Source: Octopus vulgaris (taxonomy: Eukaryota). From it: a stretch of DNA of 64,000 bases. The position numbers and the translations under genes were made by a program. Below, one piece after another: positions 27,960 through 43,329 of this stretch. Positions within the stretch are counted from its first letter, which is position 1. Every line of letters starts with the position of its first letter. Where the stretch lies: assembly GCA_951406725.2 (NCBI GenBank), contig OX597835.1, positions 30,504,001 to 30,568,000 of the forward strand. Reading direction: 5' to 3'. The notes below the pieces were generated by a model, which was not told the DNA's origin, made no database searches, and worked only from the letters and a program-made list of their open reading frames with translations.

Positions 27960-28435
27960 CATTTACAACGGGTTTATATTTTGCAAAAAATTATGACTGT
28001 TTGCTAACACGCTGATTACAGGTTGCATCGTACCTGAATTTAATGAGAGGAATAATTCTGAGTTGGGTTGTTCAGTAGTGGCGCAAATGTCGACGTGTCT
28101 GATTGCTATTTTTCTGGATTCCCCAGTTTTTATCTGGGCTCTATATAGTGTCATCCTTTGGCGAAGTTTGTTATTGGTTTGGCCTATATATTGCGCTCGA
28201 CGCCCTGAGAAAGTTAATATATACATTAGATTTTCCGAGACACATGTGAAGTTGTTTTTCACTGTAAAACAATGACCCTGTTTGGAAAAGAACGGCGATC
28301 CCTCAATTAGGTTGACGCAAACACCACAGTTACGTTTTCCGCATACATTTTACTGGCGGCTTCAGTGCTGTTGCTGAATGTATTGCTCTTGTGTTAGGAA
28401 ACTTTTAATAGATTTCGGTTGTCTTTTATATACTT
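27960..28435 (-). mobile_element. Penelope-like element remnant, GIY-YIG endonuclease
   Basis: NCGVCVNL...CFTVKNNFTCVSENLMYILTFSGRRAQYIGQTNNKLRQRMTLYRAQIK (ORF 27963-28262 plus upstream sequence). Confidence 0.8.
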
Positions 28436-28496
28436 ACGTAGATATGTAGTTAAGTACACACAAGGGGGCACTAATGTATCTTTTAATTTTTTTTAC

Positions 28497-28885
28497 ATTT
28501 TACTTGTGTTTCAGTCACTGGACTGCGGCCATGCTCGAGCACTGGCTTGAAGAATTGTAGTCGAACGAATCATTCCCAATACCTATATTTTAAAAGCCCA
28601 CTATTTATTCGATCGATCTCTTCTGCCGAATCGCCCATTTATGTGGACGTAATCACAGGAACACCGGTTGTCAAGAAGCTGGTAGGGGACAAACATAGAC
28701 TAAAGACCACAAAAGACACGTTGACATACATATACACAAACACACAAGTATATACGAGGGGCTTCCTTCAGTTTCTCTAGGCCAAATCTACACACGATGC
28801 TTTAGTCAAGCCAAGGCTAAAGTAAAAGACACTTACCTAAGGTGCCACGCCGTGCGATTGAACCTGAAACCATGTGGTTAGGACG
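28497..28885 (-). mobile_element. SINE family A, diverged copy
   Basis: Reverse complement of the family A head and tail (gactgcggccatgctcgagcac; aaggtgccacgc...aaccatgtggtt). Confidence 0.75.
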
Positions 28886-29024
28886 TAAGATAGCAAGATA
28901 GATAAATATACATACGTCTGTCTATCTGTCTATCTATCTGTCCGTCCGGCTGTCTGTCTGTCGGCATATATATGCATAATTCTTGTAACTTGATTTGAAA
29001 GACGGAAACTGAAAGAAACCTGTC

Positions 29025-29062
<38 letters not shown>

Positions 29063-29069
29063 GTGTGTG

Positions 29070-29105
<36 letters not shown>

Positions 29106-29139
29106 TGTATATGTATATATATATATGTATATGTATATA

Positions 29140-29475
29140 GTTCAAGGTTCAGTCCCACTGCGTGGCACCTTGCGCATGTGTCTTCTACTATAGCCACGAG
29201 CCGACCAAAGTCTTGTGAGTGGATATGATAGACGGAAACTGAAAGAAGAGCGTCGTATATATGTGTATGTCTTTGTGTATGTCTTTGTTCCGCACCATCG
29301 CTTGACAGTGTTGCTCTGTTAACGCCCCCGCAATCTAGCGATTCAGAAAAAGAGACCAATAGAATAATTATTTGGCTTAAGGAAAAGAAGGCTGGGGTCG
29401 ATTCATTTGACTAATAACGTTTCATGATGGTTCCCCCAGCGTTGGCCGCCGTCTCGCAACATAAACAAGTAAAGA
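29140..29475 (+). mobile_element. SINE family A copy
   Basis: ggttcagtcccactgcgtggcaccttg...gacggaaactgaaagaag...ggggtcgattcatttgact. Confidence 0.8.
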
Positions 29476-30647
29476 AAAAATATCTATGTATATTACACAC
29501 ACACACACGCACACACACACACACACAGACACATACACTCACACATACACACGTACACCCATATATACCGCAAGGCAGAGCTAAGTTCCTTCTAAAGAGA
29601 CATAGCTAGATATTTACAGTTCCTTGAAAAAGCAATTTTGTTTCGGTTACAAAAAGAACAATAAAAAAAACAACATCAACAAATACACAACATAAAAAAT
29701 CCCAGCCTTTATCACACATAAAAGCAGTATGAGACGTACGAGGTTCCAGGCTATACCAGCGTCAGCTGCACACTATAAAAACGTTGTATTTTTACATCTA
29801 AGCATTCACCTGTTATTCCTGACAAATTGCTATTATATTCCCTGTCTCTCAGTAAATGTTTTTGGCGGGAGTGGAATCTTTCTGGTAAATGTTCCCATAC
29901 CACACCCATTAGTTTTCCTAATTCTCGTGATTTCTTGCTAAAGTGCAGAACAGATTTCGAAGAATTTAAAGCCTTCGCTAAGTAGTGATTTAACAGCAAA
30001 CATTTTATATTCATCTCATACTACACTCGCACCATAATCTACACACTGTACCCAATATATATACTGTCATCTTTATCTAAAAGCATGGATTTTCTGTCAT
30101 ATTGGATTTCATTATATAGTTTTCTGCGTATATACATAGAGAACCGCTCCCCACACGCGCGCGCCAAGAAAAAAAACAACAATAAAACAGACACGTCACA
30201 CATACGAATGTTCATTCACACGTGAGCACACAGATACACTGCATATGTACGCACGCGTACTGGCAAAGAAGACTGCATACTACAACAACAACAACTACTA
30301 CTACTACTACTACACACACACATACACAGGCGCACACATACATGTGCACACACATACATGTGCACACACATAAGGACATTGGTACATTAAACGTAAGATG
30401 CTTTGGCACTTTTCCCGAACAAATAAATATTGAGCACTTCAACGTTTACAAACGGTGAAAGAATATACGTATGTATGTATATATCCATGTATATATGAAT
30501 GTATGTATACACATATATTTATATATACGAATACGTATATATATATGTGTGTGTGTGTGTGTGTGCGCGTGTACATACCCATATATATGAATATACCGTC
30601 ATATAGATATGTCTATATATACATGTGCATATATACTATCAATTTAT

Positions 30648-30681
<34 letters not shown>

Positions 30682-30797
30682 ATATAGATATAGATAGATA
30701 TATATATATGTATATATGTGTGTGCGCATATATATGTATGTATATATCAATTCATATATATATATATATATATGCATATATACATATACATATTACC

Positions 30798-30832
<35 letters not shown>

Positions 30833-31229
30833 CAGATATATATATATATATCTATATATATATATGTATATATGTATATATGTGAGTGCTTATATATATG
30901 TATATATATATATATATATATGAAGTCATATATAAAGTTAAGCATATATGTTTATATATGAGTGTATATAACTGTGTGAGCATGTGTGCGTGCGTACGTG
31001 TGTGTACGTGTGCATGTTTGTTTGCGTGTATATGTTAATGTATATAGAGCATTGTGTGTAGATACAAAGCTGGTCTGAGACAAAAAAAGATGTCAGCGAC
31101 TCTTTTGGAAACCATTTTGAAAATGTTTATGATGAGACAAGAAGTGTTGAGTCACGTGACACTTGGCTGGAAAACAATGACTTTGCACATTTTGACACTT
31201 TAGCACTGTCGGATTATACCGAGGAACAA

Positions 31230-31370
<141 letters not shown>

Positions 31371-31493
31371 TTGCCTGTCTGGCTGGCTATCTAACTATCT
31401 CCCTGTCTGTCTGATTGTCTATCTGTCTATCTCTCTGTTTGTCGAACAGTCTGTTTATCTATCTGTCTGTCTGTCTATTTATCTATTTATCTT

Positions 31494-31605
<112 letters not shown>

Positions 31606-31929
31606 ACATTATGCGTATATATATATATATATAAATGAGTGTGTTCGTGTGTCTGTGCATGTACTGATATACTAAGTCTGTCTATCTCTCTCTCTCGTCG
31701 TCCCCCATCCCAGTACGCATGCGCTCGCGCGTGTGTAAGCGCGTGCGCATATATTTAAAGACATACACAAACATACACAGAAGTGCTCAAACGACCAAAC
31801 TTAGTAACATATTCTTCTAATAATTTTTTTTCCTTCCTTTACATTCATTTTCGCTTTTGACAATTATTATTATTATCATCATTATTATTATTATTATTAT
31901 CATTATTATTATTATCATTATTATTATTA

Positions 31930-31996
<67 letters not shown>

Positions 31997-32412
31997 CATT
32001 ATTATTATTATCATTGTTGTCTTTTGTATTTTTTTATCTTCCTTTGGCATTTGGTTTGGTTAATACTTTACCAAATCTTTGGAATAAATAGATATTATTC
32101 CAAGACTTTCTAATAGGAAAAACCCATAAAACTAAAACAATCGCAAAACTCGGTGCCAACACAAACATATTCAAAAAACAAGAACAACAACAACAACAAC
32201 GACGACGGCGACAACAGCAGCAGCATCAGCAACAGCAGCAACTGTAGCAGTATTTATGATAAACATTTGTAGCTACCTAGCGAGTCTTCTCTCCTATAAT
32301 TCAAAGCTAATATGCTTCTGTACGTCTTATGCTATACTACAAAAGTACAGGGTAATAAGCAATTTGACGCCATTCGACTGCGTGTATGTATATATGTATG
32401 TAGATATGTATG

Positions 32413-32490
<78 letters not shown>

Positions 32491-32546
32491 CATATATATA
32501 TATATATATGTATTTTTGTGTGTATATATATATATATTATATATAA

Positions 32547-32579
<33 letters not shown>

Positions 32580-32868
32580 CAAATATATACACCCTTCTAT
32601 AAGGAGTTGTGTATATATGTATATATATATATATGTATATATATATACTCTCGTCGACTATATATGCCTTCTACCAGTCTGTCTGTCTGTATGTCTGTCT
32701 ATCTATCTATCTATCTGTGTGTGTCTGCCTTTCAATTTTTCTATCTGCCTTTCTATGTATCGCGATATATATACATGTATATAATATACAACACATACAT
32801 AATTTGAATGAATAATATCCAACATATATATACATAGATACATATATGTAAGTAACTATCTATCTATC

Positions 32869-32931
<63 letters not shown>

Positions 32932-33332
32932 ATGTGTGTGTGTGTGTCTATCAACCACTCCGTTAACCCCGCCACACACACGTACATATACTCTACCACA
33001 ACAACACTATAAAAATACACTTCTATCTGACTAAAATAAATGTACAATAGTAAAAACACAAATCTCTCCTTCTCTCCTCACCCCCATTGCTTGCTCTCCG
33101 CATCTTCTTAACTTACGTTTGCTTACATCTTTTATTTCAACTATTCGCTTGTTTCCACTTCCTCCTCCTCCTGTCTTAACTCTTCACCCATACAACTACC
33201 CCCCCTACTGCTCAAGCATCTTATTTATTTATTTATCTATTTATTTACATATATATTTATTTATTCATATTCACATAATTATTGATTTTGATCTGTTGCC
33301 GTGTCTGCACTCCCTCCAACACTTGAATATAC

Positions 33333-33419
<87 letters not shown>

Positions 33420-33431
33420 ATATATATATAA

Positions 33432-33480
<49 letters not shown>

Positions 33481-34157
33481 TATATGTGTATGTGTATGTG
33501 TGTATTTATATTTTATATACACATATATACATAATATATACACCCATATATACTCATACACACACACATCTATACACATATATATGTATATATATATTTA
33601 TACTCAAATTTCTATACAGACTAACACATTGTAGACACACATGCGCAAGCAAGAAACAAACCCAAATATAAGCTCACACATAGGAAACGAAACCAACACA
33701 CACACAAACAAAACTCACATAAATACAATCCTTTTGCCGTAAATGTACCGCTAATATTTTTCACTTAACTTGATGGGCGGCCATTTTGTTCGATATACAG
33801 TTAAATGCAACTTTAACATTTCAACGTTTTGCGCTAAGTGGTCGCTTTAGCGGGAAATGTCATTGCTTCAGTCTTAACGTCTTTCCCTCCTGATGCATTT
33901 TAGGTTTTTCTTTAATGATTCTGTTTACTCAAAATTCCTACCGACATAGGATTGCGAATAAATGTGAATGTGTGTATCTGTAAGTATGTAAGAGTAGCCA
34001 TATGCATATGAGCATGAAGTTGCATGTATATATTCATACATATATGTAGACATTCAAACACATGTAAATATAAAAATGAAGTTATGCAAGCCTGAGAGTG
34101 CGTATGTTAACACGCCTGTACGTGTGTATATGTTTGTATGTATATACGTATGCATAT

Positions 34158-34435
34158 GTGCACACACATATTGTAAGTTTGTACATATATGTATACATAT
34201 ACCGAAATATATGTACGTAGACGTATGCATTTGTATTTTTGTATGTATGTATGCATGTATGTATATATGTATGTATGCATGTGTGTATGTATACATGTGC
34301 ACACACATATTGTAAGTTTGTACATATATGTATACATATACCGAAACATATGTACGTAGACGTATGTATTTGTATTTTTGTATGTATGTATGCATGTATG
34401 TATATATGTATGTATGTATGCATGTATGTATATAT
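34158..34435. repeat. Tandem duplication, 139-bp period
   Basis: gtgcacacacatattgtaagtttgtacatatatgtatacatataccgaaa... starts at both 34158 and 34297. Confidence 0.85.
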
Positions 34436-34739
34436 GTATGTATGCATGTGTGTATGTATATATATATATGTGTGTGTGTGTATATGTATATAGATGTACA
34501 TACATATTTAGCTGTATTTACGCGCGCACACACATATATCCATATATATTCACATACAGGTTCACATATATACCTGTATATACACATCTATCTCTGTATA
34601 TATAAATATACTTCCATATATACGTACGTGTGCTTGTATGTGCATATACATGCGCTCGCGCACACACACACGCATAGATATACATGGGTATATAGGTGCA
34701 TGCTTATGTGTGTGCTTTTTATGAATACATTTATCTGAA

Positions 34740-35985
34740 GACGAGAAAGATATGTGTGCTTTATAGAGGAAGCACAGTTTGTGTTGTTGGAATGCAATCA
34801 GTAAATTAACTCTGTATTTACTCAGAGTTTCACCCGGTAACACACGCAGTGTACATGACGTTTATGTTTTCGGCAATATTGTGAAACATGTCGGAAGATA
34901 TGAAATCCGTACGTGCTGTAAGGTAGACTCTCACTAGTTAAGATTCTTTTGTCTCGTTGCATTCTGCAGAGTCACTCTTTTTAGACTACTATGTGTTGTG
35001 GTGTGAAAACATTCGGCTGGAGTTTTCATCTTTGAAGGTATTTACGCCGCAAATAGAAGCCGATGTCTCTGTGGCCGTTGTTTAGAACATAATTCTGAGG
35101 GTTTTGTTGCTCGGAGCTCTGAAAATTTTAGAATCTTTCCTGACTATTCTCTGCACATAGCAGGCAGGTGGACAACACCTTTGATAACAAACGCCATACA
35201 CTGCTACAGCATTAGGGATTTTTCGAATAAGTAAAGCCTGCAGTTCCGAGTTCCTTTGAAGATGCCATATCGCTGTCACTGATGGTCAGAGTAAGCGGAG
35301 ATCATATAAATCTCTAATTGATTCGTGTAAGTTTCCTTCTATTGTGATCTTAATTATTTGTTATGTTGAGTGAAGCGATCATTGAAGGTATTTGCTGTTA
35401 AACCCTGACCGTAATGTTTTATCAGTTGAAGAGATTTTGGTATTTGTGTAAAGCTAGGTAATGACGTCATATTAATGTTTGAAAATTCCCGTTTTGGAAG
35501 TCTCGCCTATGTTATGTGGCGGATTAAACCAAATTACGTTTATGTTACTAGCTCTACTCTGCTTTGCGACGAGTTAGTATTTTATACATGCAGGTATTGT
35601 AATGAAGCTATCCCTAGCTCACACAATAGGACGCTAACCTTCAGCTGACATCCTCCTCCAGGGGTAGATCAAATTATTTCTTAATCATTGCAGTCATCAC
35701 ATTGTTGGGATTGTTGTTGATGGAAATGAGGTAATCTCTAGACTTTCAGATAATTAGAGTTCGCTGCATTGAACCCAATTTGATATTCTTAGGAAGTTGT
35801 TTATCATTAATTTAATGCTATCATTTCTGTTTAAGTTAAAATTCTTAAATTATGATATTAAATCCTTTTCGAACCTATCCATTAAATGGCGTCTTATATT
35901 CTACGAGATTCATGGGTGATAGTTTCTATAGAATTTTTCTGCCTCCAAACTCTGTCCTAATATAAAAAGCAGTTCAGTCGTTCTA
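34740..35985 (-). mobile_element. Decayed Penelope-like element (RT C-terminus, linker, GIY-YIG region, pLTR)
   Basis: Minus strand NVIWFNPPHN (PLE hallmark IWFNPP) at ~35515-35545. The element ends with a gaaactctgagta pLTR-like motif near 34815-34832. Confidence 0.6.
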
Positions 35986-36299
35986 TATTTTTTGTATTGT
36001 TGGCATGCAATGATTCCTTCTGCACCAAAATTGCAACCTTGTACAATTGTAGAATCCTCCTCCTCCTTCTCTTTCTCCTACCCCCTCCTCCCCTCCTCCA
36101 CTTCTCCATTCATCATCATCACCACCACCACCACCACCACCACCACCACCACCACAACAACAACCACTACGACGAAGACGACGACCACGACCAAGACCAC
36201 CATCATCATCATCGTCATCTTCTACTTCGTTCTATTCTTCCTCCTCTCCCGCCACCTCCTCCTCTTCTGCTGTTGCTGCGAGCAGAATCTTTATTTCAC

Positions 36300-36502
36300 C
36301 AGAAAAATTGCATTGTGGCTAGCCACATTGTCCATCTTTACGTTGTGAGTTCGAATCCCGCCAAAGTGGACGTTGTCTTTCATCCCTTTCGGGTTCTATA
36401 AAATTAAGTACCAATTGAGTTATGAGGTGGGGGTTCAATGTAAATAACTTAAATTTCTGCCTCCAAACTTGCTGGCGTTGTGGCGAATCTTGAAAACATT
36501 AT
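36300..36502 (+). mobile_element. SINE family D, diverged
   Basis: gagttcgaatcccgccaaagtggacgttgtctttcatccctttcggg...aagtacc is the reverse complement of the copies at 60533-63100. Confidence 0.7.
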
Positions 36503-37130
36503 TATCGTTCTGCACGAACTCGTTTAGTGCCCGGGCATAGCTGACCTGTTGGATTATGTCGAACAGCTGTCGTCATGTGTGGGAAGGATCTCTCTGTCGG
36601 CCGAGTCCGTAGTGAAGATTGTCCCATCAATTTCTTTAAATCGGGCAGGCAAGGCAGTTTTCCTTTGCCTGATTGAGATTGCATAAATGGTCATCTGGTG
36701 GACGAGGCTGAAAAGCATGAGAACAGAGACTTCCCTTTTGGTAGAGCCCTCATCGAGCTTTTCAAGCTTCTCATGAAAAGGAAAAATGAGGGCGAAGAGG
36801 GAGATGTTGCCCTCAAGTTCATTTATTGAAAGGTGGGTGAAAGTTGTGAAAATATCAAGGTTAGATGGTACCTCTCTAAGTGTAGACCTGTGAGTAGGAG
36901 AAATGAAATTGGAGGGGGGGGCACTTTCTCTTGATATTCAGGGAGATCTTGGACAGTTTCTCGATTATCCCGAGAGGTTCTCCGGTGCCAGGAGAGTCAC
37001 ATGACTATCATCATCCCCACCTTTTGTGTACGATGTACGTTGTCCCTTCTCTGTGTTATTGTATACTGCGTAGAATTTCTATACATATATTCATATATTT
37101 TTTCTTCAGTTCACTCTATGTAAATCCACA
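36503..37130 (+). mobile_element. Tx1/L1-like LINE ORF2 C-terminus plus 3' UTR
   Basis: Manual translation IVLHELV*CPGIADLLDYVEQL...AVFLCLIEIA*MVIWWTRLK...SFIERWVKV resembles the L1/Tx1 HxxxxC / IWxxR / FxxRW C-terminal pattern. Confidence 0.55.
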
Positions 37131-37355
37131 CACTTGATGCCTGTCTTTGTATTGTCCTTCTCATCCTTCACCCTGGTGGCAAATAAAAGAAATCATCATC
37201 GTCGTCGTCGTCATCATCATCACCACTACAACCATCACCACCACCACCATCACCATCACCATCGTCATCACCATCGTTATCATCACCACCATCGTCATCA
37301 TTATCATCATCATCGTCATCATCACCATCATCACCATCATCACCATCATCATCAG

Positions 37356-37411
<56 letters not shown>

Positions 37412-37507
37412 CCATCAACATCATCAACTTTCTTCCTCTTCTTTATACTATTATTATTATTATTGTTGTTTTTGGTTTTATTATTAACATTGCTGCTGTT
37501 GTTGTTG

Positions 37508-37567
<60 letters not shown>

Positions 37568-38423
37568 GCAGCTGTAGCAGCAGCAACAGCAGTAGCAGCA
37601 GCATGATGATGAAGGTGTTGGTGGAAAGTGGGGATGTAGACACGATTGGCCGATAACACAATGCCTACAACCAACACCATCATCACTAGCACCATACCAC
37701 TATCAGCACAATCACCACCATCACCACTACCTCCAGTACCACCACCACTGCCACCACTACCAGCACACCAGAACTTACACCACCACAACCATCACCACTA
37801 CCACCACCAACACTACCACTACTATCACCGTAACCCGAAACGCCATCATCACGAGGACCACCATCACCATAACCAACACCGAGACCACAACCACCGTAAC
37901 CATATCCACCACCATCATCATCACCACCAGCACCACCATCATCATTATCACTACTACTCACATCTCCGTCGCTACCGTCGCCACCAGTTACCGTTACCAC
38001 CAGCATAACGATTACTACCATTCTCACTAGAACCCCAACCGCCAGCAACATCACCACCGCCGTCACCACTATTTCCGTAACCACCACCACAACCACCACC
38101 ATCATCACCTCCACCACCACCACCGTTACAAAGCCTAGCGAGTAAACATCACAATCTGTCTAAAAGCCAGTTTCGATATCTGTCAGGAATTGAACTTAAA
38201 AACAATGATATCACGTCAAAAGATAATGATGTGTTGTTAGTAAAGATCATATTTAATATATATTACATGCGAAGAATGAAGTGGGGGGGGGGGGCTTGGT
38301 GGTGGTGGTCGTGGGTGTGTTGGGGACATTTAATCTTCTACTTGTGATTGTTGTTGCTAATAACTTTGTTGGGGTTTTGTTTTTCGTTTAAAGACATACA
38401 TACATATACATATATATACATAC

Positions 38424-38471
<48 letters not shown>

Positions 38472-39404
38472 ATGTTGTTGCTTTTAAAGGAGCTCGCGGA
38501 TTTTCTTATGATACTGTAGTTTCTTGTTAATATCATTAATGCTGGTGTTGTTGTTTGTATGTTTGTAGGTTTGTTATTGTTGCTGTTGATGATAATGGTG
38601 ATGATGGTGATGATGGTGGTGGTGATGGTGATGGTAGTGATGTTAGTGTTGTTGATATTTTTGCGGTTCTATTCTTCTAATATTTTTGTACGCTATCAAT
38701 CATGTAATTGTTGCTAAAGGTATTTTTTCATTATTCTTTATCGTCGGTGATAACGTTGCTAATGTGTATGTATGTATGTATGTATGTATGTATGTATGTA
38801 TGTATGTATGTATGTACGTATGTATGCATGTACGTATGTATGCATGTAAGTATGAATGTATGTATGTATGCATGCATACATGCATGTATGTATGTATGCA
38901 TGTATGTATGTGTATATGTATGTATGTATGCATATATATATGTATGTGTATATGTATGTATGCATGCATGCATGTATGTATACATGTATGTATGTATGTA
39001 TTATGTGTATATGTATGTATGTAAGTATGTATGTATGTAAGTATGCATGCATGCATGTATGTATGTCTGTATGCATGTATGTATGCATGTATTTATGTAT
39101 GTATGCAAGTATGTATGTATGTACGTATGTAACTATGCATGTATGTATGAATGTATGTATCGACGCATCTATGCATGTACGTATGTATGTACATAAGAAT
39201 GTGATAGCTGTTTATAGAAGTACATACTTTTACACATACACATAAATGTGCATGCATATATATGAATACCAGTGCTTTTATGTAGGAATGTATGTATATA
39301 TATATATATATATGTGTGTGTATATTAATATCCATATATATATATGCATGTATGCATACCTGTATGTATGTATGTATGTATGTATGTATGTATGCATGTA
39401 CATA

Positions 39405-39435
<31 letters not shown>

Positions 39436-39588
39436 AGATATATGTATATATGCATATAAAAGTTAATGCGAGCATATATTAAACTCTTAAAGGGATGATT
39501 ACATGCAAGATTGCACTGAATTTACACCTAATGCTATTGCGAAAAAATTTCCCTAAAATAAATAGAGATATAGTCAGCAAATAATTTA

Positions 39589-40026
39589 TATTCAAATAAG
39601 AGAAGAAAATGTAGCGTTCATGGCTAATAATTAATTTATTAACATATTCCAGTTAATAAATTGCAAATACATGTAAAAGTTTTGCGTTTATAAGCAGTGA
39701 GCAAAATCTTACCAGGGAAATATTTGATATTAAGGAATTACATGGAGAATAATTTGTTCTTTCCAAACAGTCTGTTCTTTCCAAACATGTTGAACAATTC
39801 TGTTTCCGAAACACCCTCTTGGAAAGAACAAATAATTCGCCATGTAATTCTATGCCTAATATTTCCTTGATGACATTTTACTCACTGTTTATAAATGCAA
39901 ATTTATGACATAATTGTAATTTATTAATTGAGTATAAACTGAAACGATTGCAGGAACAATTATCATTCTGTTAAATAAATTAATCATTAACCATTAACTC
40001 TCTATTTTCTTCTCTTAATTGAATAT
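39589..40026. repeat. Old ~440-bp imperfect palindrome (fold-back/MITE-like)
   Basis: tattcaaataagagaagaaaatgtagcgttcatggctaataattaatttattaaca pairs with 39969-40025. gaattacatggagaataatttgttctttccaa pairs with ttggaaagaacaaataattcgccatgtaattc. Confidence 0.8.
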
Positions 40027-40044
40027 ATATATATATATATGTAT

Positions 40045-40240
40045 AAAGTTAATCCAAACATGAAAACACAAAGAAAACACAACAACGCGAGGAGGTGGAA
40101 CAAGTATAGTATTATTGGACGCTCAGGAAGGAAGGGAAGAAGGAGGGTTTAATGTTTTGAGCGGAGCACTTCATCAGAAACATAGGAAAAGGAAGGATCC
40201 AGGGAAGGGTAGACGGAGAAAGAAAATCGCCAACGGTATA
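40045..40240 (-). mobile_element. Penelope-like pseudo-LTR fragment with hammerhead-like motif
   Basis: Homologous to 54040-54237; minus strand gtttctgatgaagtgctccgctcaaaacattaaac (40147-40181). Confidence 0.65.
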
Positions 40241-40479
40241 CTAAATTCAGCAGGTGGATCTAGGTAGTGGAATGGACGTCGCTCGGTTGGTATTTATTTG
40301 TATGGTTTGACATCCAGTGTACCTTGCGCTCGCATTGGTAGCCTACTCATTGATTTCTTGTTTCCGAATGTTTACATGTAGACTGGCTTCATTGCTCCAT
40401 TGTAGCTCTACTCTCGGGTTGTTCTTTGCAGCTCTGTTCTCTAAGGTGTCAACATCTTCCATGAGGATGATTTACTTTT

Positions 40480-41000
40480 CTATTAATTAGGCTTGAAGAA
40501 CTTAACATTTAGGCGTAATTTACATTTTTAATATTTAAAAATATATTAGCTTCACACGGAAATCTAAACTAAGAAATTACAGGGCAAAAATATAGAATAA
40601 TCTACTACTTCTTGTCTTAGACTCTGAGGCTGTAACATTCTACTCATCGTCACAATATTATAGTAAAATGTCTGTTCACATATCTACCAGTGTATCGATA
40701 TACCGAGCTTCTTAACTGGATACGTGCATACACATTTACATACATAACAGGAGATATAGCGGCCTTTGGAACTGACATGAAAGAGTATCTACAGCATAAA
40801 GGTCAGCTTTCCTACTGATATTAATATCCCTTCGAAATTCAAAAAGATAGAGGATAACTAAGGAAAACTGTTTGGAAATCTATAAGCACCTTATAAATTC
40901 CCATTTATACCAATAATAATTGTGGCAGTTGGTTTTGTGAACAAAAGCTCAAGTGAAAATCTTGAAAAGCTGGGGCTTTCAGACAGATCTCAACTAGCTA
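40480..41000 (+). mobile_element. Decayed R4/Dong-like retrotransposon, RLE endonuclease region
   Basis: VSFPTDINIPSKFKKIEDN*GKLFGNL*APYKFPFIPIIIVAVGFVNKSSSENLEKLGLS (~40802-40981). Confidence 0.65.
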
Positions 41001-42012
41001 ACACACAATTTACAAATACAATCTAAAAGTTGTACAATAAAATTATGCAGTAAATGATTTGTATGCAAAATAAATAGCCAGATATTATTATTGTCAATCT
41101 ATACCTGAAGATAGATATCTTTCCCTGATGAAAATATAAGAAAACTAGAAACTAGCCAGAATTGTGACACTTTTCACACGCATAGTAAAATACAATTCGC
41201 TACGCAACTACTATATTTAACTTCTACTGTAAAGCTAAATATATCAAAGTCTCCACACAACAAGCAATCTAATCTGCAAGTGAGAGGTATCACCTGTTTC
41301 TGGCAGGGAAAAGCGAAAAGTAGGGAAAAACAATAAAATGTAAAGGAAAAGTAAAAGAATGAAAAAAATGCTGTCTATAAAAAAAATCAAAATTATAAAA
41401 ATCAATGATAAAGGGAGGTAATTGAAGATAATCGTTTGTCTCACAAAAGAGCTGAATAGTTTTTGGATCTGTCAGAATATCAATTTAAATCTGTTGCTGT
41501 CAACTTAGAGAGGGAGGAAAGAGAAGGGGGAAGAAATGAGAGACAGAAGAAGGGAAAGAAAAGGGAGAAGGTAAAAAACAAATATTAGTATAGGTAACTT
41601 ATCAAAATGAGAATGTGTATGTGTGTGTGTATTATGTCTATACATAGATGGATAGATACGTGCATAAAAGGATACAGATACATATATATGCATATACACT
41701 CATACACACACATACACACACACATATATAAATATATATATATATATATGTATATATATGCGTGTATATATATTTATATCTATATCTATATATCTATATA
41801 TGTACACACGCTCACAAACACACACGCACATAAATGTATATATTTATATAAGTGTGTGTGTGTACACATGGGAATGCATTTATGTATGCATATACATGAA
41901 TATATGCACATAGAAAATAGAACTCTTCTCATTTAAAATACTTTTAGTAATATTTTCGGCTTACACTCTTATTATTGTAATGATGATGATGATGATGATG
42001 GTGTTGGTATAC

Positions 42013-42135
<123 letters not shown>

Positions 42136-42727
42136 AATACATACTTACATACATATGTGTGTGTATCAGTGTGTGTGTGATCTTCATGGATGTATATAGG
42201 CTAAGAAGCAATAACACACACACATACACATATATACATCACTTGCACATACGCATATCTGTTTATGTACAGAAACATACAAGCATACACACACACATGC
42301 TTACATACTTACATGCATACATACATATACACATGCATACATAGAAACATACATACATGTGTGCGTGTGTGCATGTGTGGTGAATAAACAAAAGCAAGAA
42401 AAATGGAAGAGGAGGGACATATTTTTGCAGAAGTGTTATTAGTTTCACGCTTGGAAAAAGAAAAGAGAAAAGAAAAAAGTTCTTTGTTATTTTGGACATT
42501 GCGTCCTTCGTCAGAGAAATGAAAAGGACAAGTTAGGGGCAGGATAAGAAAGCAATTCTGTGGTGAGGATTTCAGAAGAATCGAAAAGAAAGTATCTGTG
42601 CAAGGAGATGGACGCGGGGGAGAGTGTAGGCAGTCAACCGAGGCATTGTGAGTGAATTTGGTACACATATATGACGAAAGAAGATCGTCATATATGGGTA
42701 TATGTGCGTGGGTAGGGGTTTGGTATG

Positions 42728-42945
42728 TACTCTCTTTACTCTTTACTCTTTTACTTGTTTCAGTCATTTGACTGCGGCCATGCTGGAGCACCGCCTTTAA
42801 TCGAGCAACTCGACCCCAGGACTTATTCTTTTGTAAGCCCAGTACTTATTCTATCGGTCTCTTTTGCCGAACCGCTAAGTAACGGGGACCAGCATCGGTT
42901 GTCAAACAATGCTAGGGGGACAAACACAGACACACAAATACACAA

Positions 42946-43007
<62 letters not shown>

Positions 43008-43187
43008 GTATATATACATATATACGACAGGCTTCTTTTCAGTTTCCGTCTACGAAATCCATTCACAAGGCTTTGGTCGGCCCGAGGCTATAGTAGAAGA
43101 CACTTGCCCAAGGTTCCATGCAGTGGGACTGAACCCGGAACCATGTGGTTGGTAAACAAGCTACTTACCACACAGCCTCTCCTGCAC
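42728..43187 (-). mobile_element. tRNA-derived SINE, family A, full length
   Basis: Near-collinear reverse complement of 24236-24628, including the (tcttttac)n tail. Confidence 0.9.
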
Positions 43188-43329
43188 CTATATAGCTTCC
43201 CTTCCCCCACATTTTTATATGGGCCTGCGTGTGTGCATGTGAAGAACACTGTAGTTTGTGAGAACAATTTCTTTAAACTTTAAAGCATACAGCTAAGAAA
43301 AACGTGCACTATAACATTTTGTTGAAGCT

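Noticed and set aside
41120-41160. cctgatga...agaaac hammerhead-like motif in an R4-like 3' UTR (also ccaatga...agaaac at ~54343)
   Set aside because: No convincing helix I, II or III pairing could be built by eye.
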